DNA from: a bacterium
GTDB lineage: Bacteria > Vulcanimicrobiota > Vulcanimicrobiia > Vulcanimicrobiales > SCRA01
Direction of reading: 5' to 3'
Length of the DNA: 64,000 bases
NCBI GenBank assembly: GCA_004297985.1
Contig: SCRA01000032.1
Coordinates: forward strand, 1,851-65,850
Positions 17,082-27,575 of the stretch are shown here, piece by piece. The position numbers and the translations under genes are program-made. The stretch's first letter is position 1, and every line of letters starts with the position of its first letter. Under the pieces are notes generated by a model that saw only the letters and a program-made list of their open reading frames with translations, did no database searches and was not told the DNA's origin.

Positions 17082-19771
17082 GGCCGCTCCAAGCGCGCTA
17101 CCATCAGCCCCTCAGCCGGGACGAAGCGCACGGAGAATCCAAGCCGGCGGCAGACGTCCTGCATCGCGAGGTTCTCCTGCATGATGTAGCCGACTACGGT
17201 GCCCCAGCGCTCCTCGCGCGCGATCTCGGTCAGCCGCGAGAGCAACTCGCTCCCTAGACCACGATGCTGGTATCCATCGCCCACCAGGATCGCGAACTCG
17301 GCGCCGTCCTCATCGCGCAGGCGCACGAGGTTGCCCACGCCCACCACCGCGCTCTCTCCTGACCCCGGATGCTCGCGCTCCGCCACGAGCGTCATCTCGC
17401 GGTCGTAGTCGATAAAGCACATGCGGCTCAACTGTTCGTGCGCAACGCGCTCGTCGAGCGTGGGAATGCCGCCGTACCGCAGGTGAATGCTGGCCTCGGA
17501 GAGCGATCGGTGGAAGGCGCTCATCGCCGGCTCGTCCTCCGGGCGGATCGGGCGAATCCGCAGCCGCTCGCCGCTCTGCAGCGGCCACGTCCACACATAG
17601 CGCTCGGGGAAGGCGCGAATCACGGGGCGGGGCAGATCCGCGTCGGCAAGGGCGTGGTCGTGGAGCACGATGCGCGCGTCGAGCGCGATGACGCCTTCCG
17701 GCGAGACGAGCAGCGGGTTGACGTCGATCTCCTTGATGCGCGGCCGATCGACCACCAACTGCGCGAAGCGCACCACAAGCGCCTCGAGCTCGGCGAGATC
17801 GACGGGCGCGAAGCCGTCCTCGCGTGCCAGCGCCTGATAGATGCGCGTGCGCTCCATCATGCGCCGCGCGAGCGTCGTGGTGAGCGGCGGCAGGGCGACA
17901 GCGCGATCGGCGACCACCTCCACGAGGCTCCCGCCCAGCGCAAAGGCGATGACGGGACCGAACTGCGCGTCGACGCTGCTGCCGATCATCACTTCGTAGC
18001 CGCGGCTGGCCACCATCGGCTGGACGGAGACGCCTTCGAAGGCCTCTCCCGTCTGCTCGGCGATCTCCCGGTAGGCGATGCGCACGCTCTCCGCCGTCGC
18101 GACGTTGAGGCGCACGCCACCGATGCGTGCCTTGTGCGTTACGCGCGTGGAGTTGAGCTTGATGACCACCGGATAGCCCAGCCGTTCGGCGGCGCAAACC
18201 GCATCGTCGACGCTTGCGGCGAGCAGCGTCTGCGTGACGGGAACCCCGTAGGCCTCGAGTATCCGCTTCGACTCGATCTCCGTCAGCAGCACGCGCCCCT
18301 GGGCGCGCGCAGCCGCGAGAACGGCATCGGCTTGCGCGCGCTGGCCGGCGTCCACCTCGCGCAGATGGAGCGGCTCCGGGGTCTCGTAGAGCGCACGAAT
18401 GGCTTGACGCCGCTTCCAGAGATAGTTGAACATCCGCGCCGCCGTGTCGGCGTAGGCGAAGTGCGGTATGCCGGCGTGCTTGAGAATCGAGACCCCCTGC
18501 TCCGTCGTGGCGCCGCCCATCCAGCTCGCCAGCACCGGTTTCCCGGAGAGGTGCGCGTAAGGCTCGAGGCTCCGCGCCACGGCACTCGCCTCGGTCATCC
18601 CCTGCGGCGCGAAGATCACCAGCACGCCGTCGGCGCCGGGTTCGTGCGCGACGAGGTCGATGGCCTTCGCGTAGCGCTCGGCGTCGGCATCTCCCAGGAG
18701 ATCGACGGGATTGCCGTGGCTCCAATGCTTGGGGAGCATGGCGTCGAGCGCCGCCAGCGTCTGCGCGCTCAGCGTGGCGAGCTCGCCGCCGCCGGAGATC
18801 AGCACGTCGGTTGCCAGGATACCGGGGCCGCCGGCATTGGTGACGATGGCCAGGCGGCGCCCGGCAGGCGCGGGCTGCTTGGAGAGGATATCGGCCATCA
18901 TGAAGAGCTCGTCGATGCGTTCGACGCGCAAGACGCCGCAGCGGCGGAAGGCCGCATCCAGCACGTCGTCGCTACCCGTCAGCGCACCCGTGTGCGATGC
19001 AGCCGCCTTGGCTGCCTCTCCGGTGCGCCCAGCTTTGATGACGATGATCGGTTTGGCGAGGGCTACGGCACGGGCGGCGGAGAGGAAGGCCGCCGCGTCG
19101 CCCACCGACTCCATGGCCAGCAGGATACTGTCCGTCTGCGGGTCGTCGCCAAGGTAGGAGATGACGTCGCCCCAGCCGACGTCGAGCATCGTCCCGATCG
19201 AGACGAACTTGCTGAAGCCGACGTTGGCCTCCAGGCTCCAGTCCAGAATCGCCGTACAGAGCGCGCCGCTCTGACTGACGAAGGCCACGCGTCCCGGCAG
19301 CGCGCCAGTTCCAGCGAAGGTCGCGTTGAGACCGCGCACGGGGTCGATCACGCCCACGCAGTTGGGGCCGACGATCCTCATCTTGCCGCGCCGCGCCTCG
19401 CTGCGAATGCGCCGCTCCAGCTCCACGCCGGCGGGACCGGTCTCGCGAAAGCCCGCGGTGATGATGACGGCGGCTCGCACGCCGCGGTCGGCGCAGTCGC
19501 GTACCACGCCTGGAACGCCGGCGGCGGGCGTGGCGATGACAGCGAGATCCACCACGCCGGGGATGTCCGCGATCGACGGATAGGCCTTGATACCGAGCAC
19601 CTGCTCGTGTGCCGGGTTGACGGGATAGACCGTGCCGCCGAACGGGCGCTCGATCATGTTGCGCAATAGAGTGCGCCCGACGCTGCCTTCGCGATCGCTA
19701 GCGCCGATCACGGCAACACCACGCGGCGCGAAGACGGCGTCTAGACCGGAGCGGCTACCCATCGCGGGCAT
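17078..19771 (-). CDS. Pat-type bifunctional acyl-CoA synthetase (ADP-forming) / GNAT protein acetyltransferase
   Basis: 897 aa. Contains a CoA-binding N-terminus ([14 protein letters not shown]), succinyl-CoA-synthetase-like and ATP-grasp parts, and a C-terminal GNAT ([11 protein letters not shown]). Confidence 0.9.
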   Translation of the reverse strand: MPAMGSRSGLDAVFAPRGVAVIGASDREGSVGRTLLRNMIERPFGGTVYPVNPAHEQVLGIKAYPSIADIPGVVDLAVIATPAAGVPGVVRDCADRGVRAAVIITAGFRETGPAGVELERRIRSEARRGKMRIVGPNCVGVIDPVRGLNATFAGTGALPGRVAFVSQSGALCTAILDWSLEANVGFSKFVSIGTMLDVGWGDVISYLGDDPQTDSILLAMESVGDAAAFLSAARAVALAKPIIVIKAGRTGEAAKAAASHTGALTGSDDVLDAAFRRCGVLRVERIDELFMMADILSKQPAPAGRRLAIVTNAGGPGILATDVLISGGGELATLSAQTLAALDAMLPKHWSHGNPVDLLGDADAERYAKAIDLVAHEPGADGVLVIFAPQGMTEASAVARSLEPYAHLSGKPVLASWMGGATTEQGVSILKHAGIPHFAYADTAARMFNYLWKRRQAIRALYETPEPLHLREVDAGQRAQADAVLAAARAQGRVLLTEIESKRILEAYGVPVTQTLLAASVDDAVCAAERLGYPVVIKLNSTRVTHKARIGGVRLNVATAESVRIAYREIAEQTGEAFEGVSVQPMVASRGYEVMIGSSVDAQFGPVIAFALGGSLVEVVADRAVALPPLTTTLARRMMERTRIYQALAREDGFAPVDLAELEALVVRFAQLVVDRPRIKEIDVNPLLVSPEGVIALDARIVLHDHALADADLPRPVIRAFPERYVWTWPLQSGERLRIRPIRPEDEPAMSAFHRSLSEASIHLRYGGIPTLDERVAHEQLSRMCFIDYDREMTLVAEREHPGSGESAVVGVGNLVRLRDEDGAEFAILVGDGYQHRGLGSELLSRLTEIAREERWGTVVGYIMQENLAMQDVCRRLGFSVRFVPAEGLMVARLERP

Positions 19772-19808
19772 CCTCGCATGCGCGTGCGTACCGTCGATGA
19801 AGGCCCTT

Positions 19809-19825
19809 CTCGGGTTCTTCCCGAG
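19809..19825 (-). terminator. Short hairpin after rocD (weak terminator candidate)
   Basis: ctcggg-ttctt-cccgag forms a 6-bp stem between the rocD stop (19839) and the next gene. There is no clear U-tract. Confidence 0.3.
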
Positions 19826-19838
19826 TGCGGCTCGGGCG

Positions 19839-21044
19839 CTACAGCGCGGCGAGCGCCTCCCCGAATACGGTCGACAAGAACTCGATCTCCGTATCCTCGA
19901 TCACCAACGGCGGAGCGATGCGCAACACTGTGCCGTGGGTGTCCTTCGCCAGCACGCCGCGAGCGAGCAGAGCATCCGCCAGCGGGCGTGCCGGCGTCCC
20001 CAGCTCGACGCCGATGAGTAGACCACGGCCGCGCACTTCGCGCACGCGGGAGCCGCCTGCCCGGCGTAGGCCCTCGCTCAGACGCTCTCCGGCGCCCCTG
20101 GCGCGCTCGGCCAACCGCTCCTCCACCACCACGTCGAGCGCCGCCTCACCGACCGCACAGGCCAACGGATTGCCGCCAAAGGTGCTGCCGTGGTCGCCGG
20201 GGCCGAAGAGCGACATGATCTCGCGCGAGGCCAGGGCCGCCGAGACCGGATAGAGGCCGCCGCCAAGTGCCTTGCCGACGATCAGAATATCGGGCGTGAC
20301 GCCCTCGTGGTCGCAGGCGAAGAGGTCCCCCGTGCGCCCAAAGCCCGTCTGAATCTCGTCGGCGAGGAAGAGCACGTTGCGCTCGCTGCAGAGCTGGCGC
20401 ACGGCGCGCAGGTAGCCCTCCGGCGGGACGACCACGCCTCCCTCGCCCTGCACCGGCTCCAGCATCACCGCGCAGGTCTGCGGGCCAACGGCCGCTCGCA
20501 GTGCCTCGATCTCGCCATACGCCACGTGGTCGAAGTTCGGTGTGAAGGGACCGAAGTCGGCCCGGTACTTCGGCTCGCTGGAGAAGCCGATCACCGTGGT
20601 CGTGCGGCCGTGGAAGTTGTTGCGCGCCACGACGATGCGCGCCTGGCCGGCGGGGATGCCTTTGACGCGGTAGCCCCAGCGGCGCGCTAGCTTGATCGCC
20701 GTCTCCACCGCCTCGACGCCCGTATTCACCGGCAACGCCATCTCCTGGCGGCAGACGGAGGTCAACTTCTCCAAGAACGGCGCGAAGCGATCGTTGCGCA
20801 TGGCGCGCGACGTCAACGTCACGCGCTGCGCCTGTTCCAGGAGCGCGGCCACGATGCGCGGATGGCGATGGCCTTGGTTGACCGCGGAGTAGGCGCTGAT
20901 GCAGTCGAGATAGCGACGCCCCTCGACGTCGTAGAGCCAGACTCCCTCGCCGTGCGATATCACTACATCGAGCGGGCGATAGTTGTGTGCACCGAGGCGC
21001 TCCTCGGTTTCGATATACGCGGACGCGCGCTGCGTCGTTATCAT
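19839..21044 (-). CDS. rocD: Ornithine--oxo-acid aminotransferase (class III PLP aminotransferase)
   Basis: N-terminus [46 protein letters not shown] and the PLP-lysine region [11 protein letters not shown] are typical of RocD/OAT. Confidence 0.85.
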   Translation of the reverse strand: MITTQRASAYIETEERLGAHNYRPLDVVISHGEGVWLYDVEGRRYLDCISAYSAVNQGHRHPRIVAALLEQAQRVTLTSRAMRNDRFAPFLEKLTSVCRQEMALPVNTGVEAVETAIKLARRWGYRVKGIPAGQARIVVARNNFHGRTTTVIGFSSEPKYRADFGPFTPNFDHVAYGEIEALRAAVGPQTCAVMLEPVQGEGGVVVPPEGYLRAVRQLCSERNVLFLADEIQTGFGRTGDLFACDHEGVTPDILIVGKALGGGLYPVSAALASREIMSLFGPGDHGSTFGGNPLACAVGEAALDVVVEERLAERARGAGERLSEGLRRAGGSRVREVRGRGLLIGVELGTPARPLADALLARGVLAKDTHGTVLRIAPPLVIEDTEIEFLSTVFGEALAAL

Positions 21045-21048
21045 GATG

Positions 21049-21309
21049 TCACCAATCGTCGCAATTCGGAACGTCCATCACGTCGAAAGACGTCTCACCG
21101 GTCTGCAGCATCCGCACCACGTACGGCAGGCACATGCCGCAGCCCAACGTGGCCCCCGTCTGCTCCGTCAGCTCCGCGAAGTTCCAGCCGCGCTCCCGCG
21201 CGAGGCGCAACAGATCGGCGAACGACACGTTCGCGCAGATGCAGCGCGTGACCACCGGTCGCCTCTTCCGCATCGCGCATAGAAGGGCCTGGTCGCCGCA
21301 AACGCGCAC
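21049..21309 (-). CDS. BFD-like [2Fe-2S]-binding domain protein
   Basis: Cys pattern CxC ... CGxC (TRCICANV ... LGCGMCLPYV). It lies 4 nt upstream of rocD. The start is uncertain: GTG 21309 or ATG 21273. Confidence 0.65.
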   Translation of the reverse strand: MRVCGDQALLCAMRKRRPVVTRCICANVSFADLLRLARERGWNFAELTEQTGATLGCGMCLPYVVRMLQTGETSFDVMDVPNCDDW

Positions 21310-21330
21310 CTTGGCGCGAAGGCGAAGGGC

Positions 21331-21717
21331 ATGCGCGATGAGCTGGCGGCGTTCTCACAACTCTGGAACGACCGGCGTTACTTCGAGGCGCACGAGGTCT
21401 TGGAGGATCGCTGGCGCCGCACGGGCGACCCCGGGGAGCGCGCACTCATCCAGTGCGCGGCGGCCCTGCTGCATCTCCAGCGCGAGAACGTGGCCGGCGC
21501 CGCCAAGCTCTTTCGTGCCGCCGCTACACCCATTCGCGCCCTCGCCGCCCAAGAGAGCGCCCTGCTGACCTTCGCGGCCTGGGTTACTGCGGCATCGGAG
21601 GCCACTACGCTGGACGCCGCGGCGCTGCTGAACGGGCGCCCGCCTCTGTATCTGCGTGTGCGCGAAGGTGAACCGGGGAGGCGAAACGACGGCGCAGAAG
21701 GGGAGAGACATGCGTAA
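21331..21717 (+). CDS. DUF309 domain protein
   Basis: LWNDRRYFEAHEVLEDRW motif, characteristic of DUF309. Confidence 0.7.
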   Translation: MRDELAAFSQLWNDRRYFEAHEVLEDRWRRTGDPGERALIQCAAALLHLQRENVAGAAKLFRAAATPIRALAAQESALLTFAAWVTAASEATTLDAAALLNGRPPLYLRVREGEPGRRNDGAEGERHA

Positions 21718-22561
21718 CCCCGATGTCAACGAGACCCTCGATAGCTGGAGCATCCTCCACCGCCTCTACGCCTTCGATCGCCGCCGCTGGGCAGCGCTCG
21801 CGGCAGATCGCCGCGCCGCCGTCGCGCAGGAGGCGCAGGCGTGCTTCGCACAGCTCGCCGAGGATCAGGATCACGACCTCGCTCCCGTTCAGGTGCTCGG
21901 CACCAAGGGCGATCTCTTGCTGGTGCACTACGCGCGTGGCTTCGAAGCGTTGGCCGAGACCGAGATGCGCGTCGATGCCCTGGCGCTCAACGACTACCTG
22001 ACGCCGCGATCATCGTACGTCTCCGTGCTCGAGCTGGGGCTCTACGATGCCAGCGCCAAGATCCACGCACGACTGCGCGAGCGCGAGCTGACGCCGTATT
22101 CGCCCGACTGGCATCAGGCGTTCGACGAGCTCCTCGCCCGGCAGGCCGAAGGTGCCAGTGCACGCCTCTGGGGGCGGATCCCACGCCGCCGTTACTACTG
22201 CTTCTACCCGATGAACAAGCGCCGCGGCGAGCAGGTGAACTGGTACGCGCTATCCTACGACGAGCGCCAGGCGCTCATGCGTGATCACGGCACGATCGGC
22301 CGCTCCTATCACGGGCACGTTACCCAAGTGATCTCCGGATCGACCGGCTTCGACGACTGGGAGTGGGGTGTCGATCTCTACGCGGACGACCCGCTGACGT
22401 TCAAGCACCTCATCTACGAGCTGCGCTTCGACCGTGCCAGCGCGCTCTACGCGGAGTTCGGCCCCTTCACCACGGGACTCCAGTTCTCGGTCGACGAGTT
22501 GCCGGCGTTCCTCGAGGCCTCCGCCGTCCCGCGCCTGCGCAGCCAGCCGGCTGCCGTCTGA
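21710..22561 (+). CDS. hemQ: Chlorite-dismutase-family coproheme decarboxylase (HemQ/ChdC)
   Basis: About 283 aa from ATG 21710 (GGGGAGAG SD). Family-typical segments are YYCFYPMNKRR, WYALSYDERQALMRDHG and FDDWEWGVDLYADDP. Confidence 0.85.
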   Translation: MRNPDVNETLDSWSILHRLYAFDRRRWAALAADRRAAVAQEAQACFAQLAEDQDHDLAPVQVLGTKGDLLLVHYARGFEALAETEMRVDALALNDYLTPRSSYVSVLELGLYDASAKIHARLRERELTPYSPDWHQAFDELLARQAEGASARLWGRIPRRRYYCFYPMNKRRGEQVNWYALSYDERQALMRDHGTIGRSYHGHVTQVISGSTGFDDWEWGVDLYADDPLTFKHLIYELRFDRASALYAEFGPFTTGLQFSVDELPAFLEASAVPRLRSQPAAV

Positions 22562-23862
22562 GCACGGTAGACGCTCGAGAGACACGCCGCCAAGAACGCC
22601 GCGAGCACGAGCGTCAGCGTCCCCGTACGGCCGAAAGGCACGATCGCATGCTCCATCAGCATCGTCACCAGCGGTATCGCCACGAGGAAGGATGCGAGAC
22701 GTCGGGGGCGCAGAGCGGCCAACGGAAGCGACCATAGCGCGTACCACGGAAAGACGCGGGAGGCCAGCGTGGGAAGGCTCCAGAGTCCGCCTTCCCAATC
22801 GCGCCCAGTGACGACCGCGATAGCCAGCGTTCCCAGCGAGGCGCACACGAGAAGAACGTGGAGCGCCGCATACACCTCGTAACGAGCGCCGAGGGAGTGG
22901 AGTCCAGGCAACGCGTGTCCAAGAGCCACGGCTCGTAGTGCGGCGAGATACGCGTTACCCACGAACGCCCAATACGCTGCGAGCCCAAGCGCGAGGACGG
23001 CGCAGGCTACAGAAATTCGCCGGCGCGCCTCTCGCTCGGCGCAAGCGATCAGCAGACCGATCGCCAGCAGCGGCAGCTTGACGAGCCCCGCCAGAGCTGC
23101 CGCCACGATCGCCACGCGCCGCCACCTCATGCGATAGAAGAGGAACGCAACCAGGACCAGCAGCACGCCGCCGAGATCGTTGTGGACATCGGCGATGAAG
23201 AGTCTGTGCAGTGCGGGATTGAGCGCAACGAGCGCGGTCAGCACGGGTTGTCGTACGAGGCCATGAAGGGACGCGATGACGGCAACGAAGAGCGCGAGAT
23301 TCGTCAGACGCAGGACGGCATAGGCGTCGGCCAGTGACGTCGCGTGGGATAGCAGTACCCGCATGCCCTCCAGCCACGCCGGTCCGTAGATGCAAGGGAC
23401 CAGAGGTACGCCCCATATCGCGTTGACGGCAGCGAAGCTGCCGCTCAGCGGGGCATTCAGCGGGCTATACGCCTCGCGCAGACTGGCGAGCTTGGCATAA
23501 CCGATATACGCATAGGCGTCATTGCTCAACGAGGTGCGCGCCCCAAGGTCGACAACGACCATCGCGAGGAACGCGGCGCCGAGACCGACCAGCACCGGCA
23601 CCCCGCAAGCGCGCCCCGCGATTGCGCGGTATACGAGCCACAAGAGCAACGCCTGTGCACCGGCCAGAGCGAGCAGCTCCACCGAGGCAACGTGAGAAAG
23701 CGTCCCATTCGGCGGCAGTATCGCTACCGGCAGATCGAGCACGCGCGTTGCGGTCGACGCGTCGGCCGAGCGATCGATCACGCCTTGCTGGAGCCACAGC
23801 GAGAACGCTAGAAGCAAACCAGCCGTAACCGCGATCGCTTCTCTCCACCTCCCAAACATCAT
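22447..23862 (-). CDS. Polytopic membrane protein, GT-C-like (paralog A)
   Basis: 471 aa with at least 10 hydrophobic helices by eye. It shares the blocks DAYAYIGY, NxIWG(V/L)PLVPCIYGPxWLEG, ALNPAxHxLFIADxHNDL and GLVKLP with the upstream paralog. Family not assigned. Confidence 0.75.
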   Translation of the reverse strand: MMFGRWREAIAVTAGLLLAFSLWLQQGVIDRSADASTATRVLDLPVAILPPNGTLSHVASVELLALAGAQALLLWLVYRAIAGRACGVPVLVGLGAAFLAMVVVDLGARTSLSNDAYAYIGYAKLASLREAYSPLNAPLSGSFAAVNAIWGVPLVPCIYGPAWLEGMRVLLSHATSLADAYAVLRLTNLALFVAVIASLHGLVRQPVLTALVALNPALHRLFIADVHNDLGGVLLVLVAFLFYRMRWRRVAIVAAALAGLVKLPLLAIGLLIACAEREARRRISVACAVLALGLAAYWAFVGNAYLAALRAVALGHALPGLHSLGARYEVYAALHVLLVCASLGTLAIAVVTGRDWEGGLWSLPTLASRVFPWYALWSLPLAALRPRRLASFLVAIPLVTMLMEHAIVPFGRTGTLTLVLAAFLAACLSSVYRAQTAAGWLRRRGTAEASRNAGNSSTENWSPVVKGPNSA

Positions 23863-23871
23863 CCGCGCAAC

Positions 23872-25230
23872 CTATAAGGCCGTGACGCTCGTGAACCGCG
23901 GAGGACGTACGACCACGGGCCAGCGCAGGCCCTCGTAGACGGCCAGAAGCGCGACGCATGCCAGCGTCGGCGTTACCGTTCCGTGGTTACCGAACAACGA
24001 AGTTGCGTGCCCAAGCAGCAGCGCCAGCAGAGGCAAGGCAACGGCGTACTCTACGAGCCTCTTGGGAGCCATCATCAAGGACGGGAGCACCCACAGCAGA
24101 TACCACGGCTCGAGGGCTCCGCCTATCGCGATGTACGACCATCGCGCACCCTCCCAGAGATAGTCTCGTAGAACGGCGAGCGCAACAGCGATCGCGGCAA
24201 TCCCCAACAGGACGAAGTGGATCGCGACGAAGCCTTTGAACGCGCCAGTCATCTCGGCGGCACCGTGCAGAGAGTCCGCCGTGGCCACGTGCAGCAGCGT
24301 TGGGAAGTATGACGGCCCGACCCAGATCGCGTACGCTGCAACCGTAAGTCCGAGCATCGAGGCGCCGGCGGCGAGCCGCCTGGTAAGCGCCGGTTCGTAG
24401 ACCACGAACAGAAGACCCACAACGACGAACGGCAACTTCACCAAGCCTGCGCAGACGATCAAGGCCACCGCTATGAGTGACCATCCTCTTCGATATGCCA
24501 GAAGCCCACCGATCAAGAGAACGATCCCGGCGAGATCGTTATGGGCATCGGCGATGAAGAGCTGATGGATAGCGGGGTTGAGCGCGATGATCGCCGTTCC
24601 CGGAAGTGAACGCGTCACGGCGTAGACGAGGAGGGCAAGCGCGACGAGCATGACCACGTTGAAGAGACGTACGGCCAACCACGCCTGTGAGAGCGTGTGC
24701 GCTCCGGAGAGCGTCACGCGGATGCCCTCGAGCCACAACGGCCCGTAGATGCAGGGCACCAGCGGCAGCCCCCATATCTGATTGACGAGCGAGAATTCCC
24801 CCGGCAACGCGCTGTTCGGGGGAGCGTACGCATCGTGCAGCGATGGCAGCACCCCGTAGCCGATATAGGCATACGCATCGGTGCTCATGACCGCGGCAAC
24901 CCGCAGATCCACCGTCACCATCGCGACGAAGGCTAACCCCAAGCCTACCAACGCCGCGGCACCGATCTTCGCCGGCGCAAGAGATCGGTACAAGACGTAG
25001 AGCCCGCCGCCCATGAGCAGTGCGATGATCACGAGTTTCCACGCGGCGGCGTGCGAGAGTGCGGCCTCCGGCATCACCTTGACAGGCAGTCTCCCCTCGT
25101 AAGCCAGCAGGTGCGCGTTGGCGGAGACTTGACCGGCGAGGATGCGTTCCTGCAGCCACAAGAGAGCGACGAGTGCGAGGCCGATAGAGAGAGCCGCGCC
25201 GCGCGGGCCCGGCACGAAAGCATGCTTCAT
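23872..25230 (-). CDS. Polytopic membrane protein, GT-C-like (paralog B)
   Basis: Start at ATG 25230 (MKHAFVPG...). The first 60 aa of track ORF 23872..25410 are Arg-rich run-on. Collinear similarity to 22447..23862. Confidence 0.75.
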   Translation of the reverse strand: MKHAFVPGPRGAALSIGLALVALLWLQERILAGQVSANAHLLAYEGRLPVKVMPEAALSHAAAWKLVIIALLMGGGLYVLYRSLAPAKIGAAALVGLGLAFVAMVTVDLRVAAVMSTDAYAYIGYGVLPSLHDAYAPPNSALPGEFSLVNQIWGLPLVPCIYGPLWLEGIRVTLSGAHTLSQAWLAVRLFNVVMLVALALLVYAVTRSLPGTAIIALNPAIHQLFIADAHNDLAGIVLLIGGLLAYRRGWSLIAVALIVCAGLVKLPFVVVGLLFVVYEPALTRRLAAGASMLGLTVAAYAIWVGPSYFPTLLHVATADSLHGAAEMTGAFKGFVAIHFVLLGIAAIAVALAVLRDYLWEGARWSYIAIGGALEPWYLLWVLPSLMMAPKRLVEYAVALPLLALLLGHATSLFGNHGTVTPTLACVALLAVYEGLRWPVVVRPPRFTSVTAL

Positions 25231-25337
25231 AGAAGACGACACCTTGCGGCGCGCATAGCGCCGACGCCGCCATTCTATCCGCACGAGTCGATACGGACCA
25301 GGGGCCCCAGGCCTACCAGGCCTGCATCGACCGGGCC

Positions 25338-26297
25338 TTACCAGCGTCCCCCAGTGGCCTCGTCGACGCGCGCGATCAGCGCGTCGGGGCGCTCGCGGTA
25401 CTTCGCCCACAGCGCGTGGGAGCGGACGATGTCCTCAAGGGTATCGGTCAGCACGGCGTTGACGGGCGTTCGTACGCCCAGAGCCTTACCCACGCGCACC
25501 ACGGCGCCGTTGAGGGCCCCCACCTCGGAGCGCTGGCGCCCCGCGCGCAAGTCGGCGAGCAGCGACGGCGGCTTCTCCCCGCGCGCACCTGCCACGCGGG
25601 AGGCCAGCAGCAGACGCGCCGCCGCTGAAGGCAGACGCAGCACCGCCGCTAGCGCGCGCACGGGGTAGCGGGGGAGGTCGACGAGCGGGATGCCCTGTGC
25701 GCGAATGACATGCAACGCCTCACGCAACGCATGCACCTCGACGCGGAAGGCACCCGGGTGCTTGACGAGATTTGCCGGCAGGCTGTCGAGAATGGCGCAG
25801 GTGGCATTGGCCATCGCGTTGATGAGCAGCTTCGACCACTTGAGCGCACGGTAGTCGGCGTACGATTGGACCTGCAGGCCGGCGGCGCCGAAGGCGGCCA
25901 GCAGCCAGTTGATCGACCCGCCCCCAACCGGCGCGAGGCCTAGACCCCCGCTGCCGGCTGCATGGGCCCGCTCGCCATCGAGTTGAACGGGCACCGTCAG
26001 CGCCCCGGCGGCGACGGCGTCGGCGCCGAAGGCCTCCGCCAACTGCTCTTCGTTGCCCACGCCGTTCTGCACGGTGAGGATCGTCGTTCCCACGGCGTCG
26101 CCCAGGGCACGCTGAAGCGTGGCGATCGCACCGGCAGTATCGAAGGACTTCACGGCCACGATCGCTAGGTCGACCTGCTCGACGGGCACGACCTCGTCGA
26201 GGATACGCGGCGCATACATCACCTCGCCGCCGTGATCGGCCAGCAGACCGCCCAAATAGCTGCCCACGGCACCGGCCCCGACGACGTAGACCCTCAT
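25338..26297 (-). CDS. panE: 2-dehydropantoate 2-reductase family (ApbA/PanE)
   Basis: [17 protein letters not shown] Rossmann N-terminus, a ketopantoate-reductase-like body, and a 4-nt overlap with dut. Confidence 0.75.
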   Translation of the reverse strand: MRVYVVGAGAVGSYLGGLLADHGGEVMYAPRILDEVVPVEQVDLAIVAVKSFDTAGAIATLQRALGDAVGTTILTVQNGVGNEEQLAEAFGADAVAAGALTVPVQLDGERAHAAGSGGLGLAPVGGGSINWLLAAFGAAGLQVQSYADYRALKWSKLLINAMANATCAILDSLPANLVKHPGAFRVEVHALREALHVIRAQGIPLVDLPRYPVRALAAVLRLPSAAARLLLASRVAGARGEKPPSLLADLRAGRQRSEVGALNGAVVRVGKALGVRTPVNAVLTDTLEDIVRSHALWAKYRERPDALIARVDEATGGRW

Positions 26298-26734
26298 CGC
26301 CCCGTCGACCCGAACCCAGCCCCGGCGCGCTCCGACTCGGGCAGATCCTCGGCCACCTGGAACGAGGCGCGCACCACCGCCGCGATGACCATCTGCGCGA
26401 TCCGGTCGCCGCGCCGTACGGTGAACGGTTCGGCGCCGAGGTTGGCAAGGATCACACCAACCGGACCGCGGTAGTCGGCATCCACCGTTCCCGGGCTATT
26501 CAGCAACGTCACGCCGTGGCGCAACGCGAGGCCGCTGCGCGGGCGAATCTGGGCCTCGTACCCTCGTGGGAGGGCCATAGAGAAGCCGGCGGGGACGAGC
26601 GCGCGGCTGCCGGGATGAAGCACGAGCTCTTCGTCGACGGCGGCGTAGAGATCGGCACCGGCCGCGCCGGCACTCATGTAAGCGGGCATCGGGAGGCCCT
26701 CGCCTTCGGGAAGAATCCGAATCGCGACGATCAT
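26294..26734 (-). CDS. dut: dUTP diphosphatase
   Basis: Motifs [21 protein letters not shown]. Confidence 0.9.
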   Translation of the reverse strand: MIVAIRILPEGEGLPMPAYMSAGAAGADLYAAVDEELVLHPGSRALVPAGFSMALPRGYEAQIRPRSGLALRHGVTLLNSPGTVDADYRGPVGVILANLGAEPFTVRRGDRIAQMVIAAVVRASFQVAEDLPESERAGAGFGSTGR

Positions 26735-26745
26735 GCGCGCGCCGC

Positions 26746-27192
26746 CTACTGCTTGAGGAGCTGCGAGAGCTCCGCTTGGAACGACTCGACATCGCGGAAC
26801 GCACGGTAGACGCTCGCGTAGCGGATGTAGGCAACCTTGTCGAGATCCTTGAGCGCCTCCATGATCTTCTCCCCCACCATGGACGTGGGGACCTCGGTCT
26901 CACCGCGCGCGAAGAGTTCGCGCTCGATCGAAGCGACGATCTCCTCGAACTGCGCATCGGAGACGGGGCGCTTCTCGCAGGCCTTACGCAGACCGATCAA
27001 GACCTTCTCGCGGTTGTACTGCTCACGGCGGCCGTCTTTCTTGACGACAAAGAGGCGCGGCGCCTCCATCCGCTCGTATGTCGTGAAGCGGTGCTTGCAG
27101 GCCAGGCACTCACGGCGCCTGCGAACCACGCTCTCATCGTCGCGCGAGTCAACGACCCGCGTCTCGCTCTTTTGGCAGCTCGGACAGATCAC
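26746..27192 (-). CDS. nrdR: Transcriptional repressor NrdR
   Basis: Zinc ribbon ICPSCQ...[12 protein letters not shown] followed by an ATP-cone. The GTG at 27192 gives the canonical M-x-CPxC N-terminus; the alternative is ATG 27231. Confidence 0.85.
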   Translation of the reverse strand: MICPSCQKSETRVVDSRDDESVVRRRRECLACKHRFTTYERMEAPRLFVVKKDGRREQYNREKVLIGLRKACEKRPVSDAQFEEIVASIERELFARGETEVPTSMVGEKIMEALKDLDKVAYIRYASVYRAFRDVESFQAELSQLLKQ

Positions 27193-27294
27193 GACCCTGC
27201 TCGTCTCGCCGTGGGAGCACCCACGACCCATAGTGGTGTGCGAACAGTATAGCCACCAGCAGTTGCGGCGGTCAAATGTCGTGGGAAAAACGGT

Positions 27295-27319
27295 GGGGGC
27301 GGGCCGATGGCCCGCCCCC
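27295..27319 (-). terminator. Rho-independent terminator after the small zinc-ribbon gene
   Basis: Perfect 11-bp GC stem gggggcgggcc/ggcccgccccc with a 3-nt loop. On the minus strand it is followed by accgTTTTTccc. Confidence 0.75.
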
Positions 27320-27333
27320 GTGCGCCTGCGCCT

Positions 27334-27477
27334 CTAGCCGGCGCCGATCTTGAAGAGCTTGGTCCCACACTCCGGACATTTCCCCTGCGTGGCAGGGCGC
27401 CCGTTCTTCATCGTGATCTTCTCTTCGTTCTGCATCTGGCGCTTAGTTTTGCATTTCACGCAGTACGCTTCTGCCAT
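27334..27477 (-). CDS. 47-aa zinc-ribbon protein (DUF5679-like), not in the ORF track
   Basis: My translation is MAEAYCVKCKTKRQMQNEEKITMKNGRPATQGKCPECGTKLFKIGAG, with two CxxC pairs. A GGAGGA SD lies 4 nt upstream of the ATG and a strong terminator lies downstream. Confidence 0.7.
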   Translation of the reverse strand: MAEAYCVKCKTKRQMQNEEKITMKNGRPATQGKCPECGTKLFKIGAG

Positions 27478-27575
27478 GCATCCTCCAACGGCTGATCCGG
27501 GGTGACCATCCACCCCGCGTTGGCGCGCTTATTCCCTGGGGACGCCGCGCGTCCTGGTACGGGGAGCGTGAACGG

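Noticed and set aside
22447-22561. 115-nt convergent overlap of hemQ and the membrane-protein gene, considered as a sign of frameshift or pseudogene.
   Set aside because: - Both reading frames are intact up to their stops.
- The paralog comparison shows only a C-terminal tail about 20-25 aa longer.
- That is consistent with a late stop in GC-rich antisense sequence rather than gene decay.
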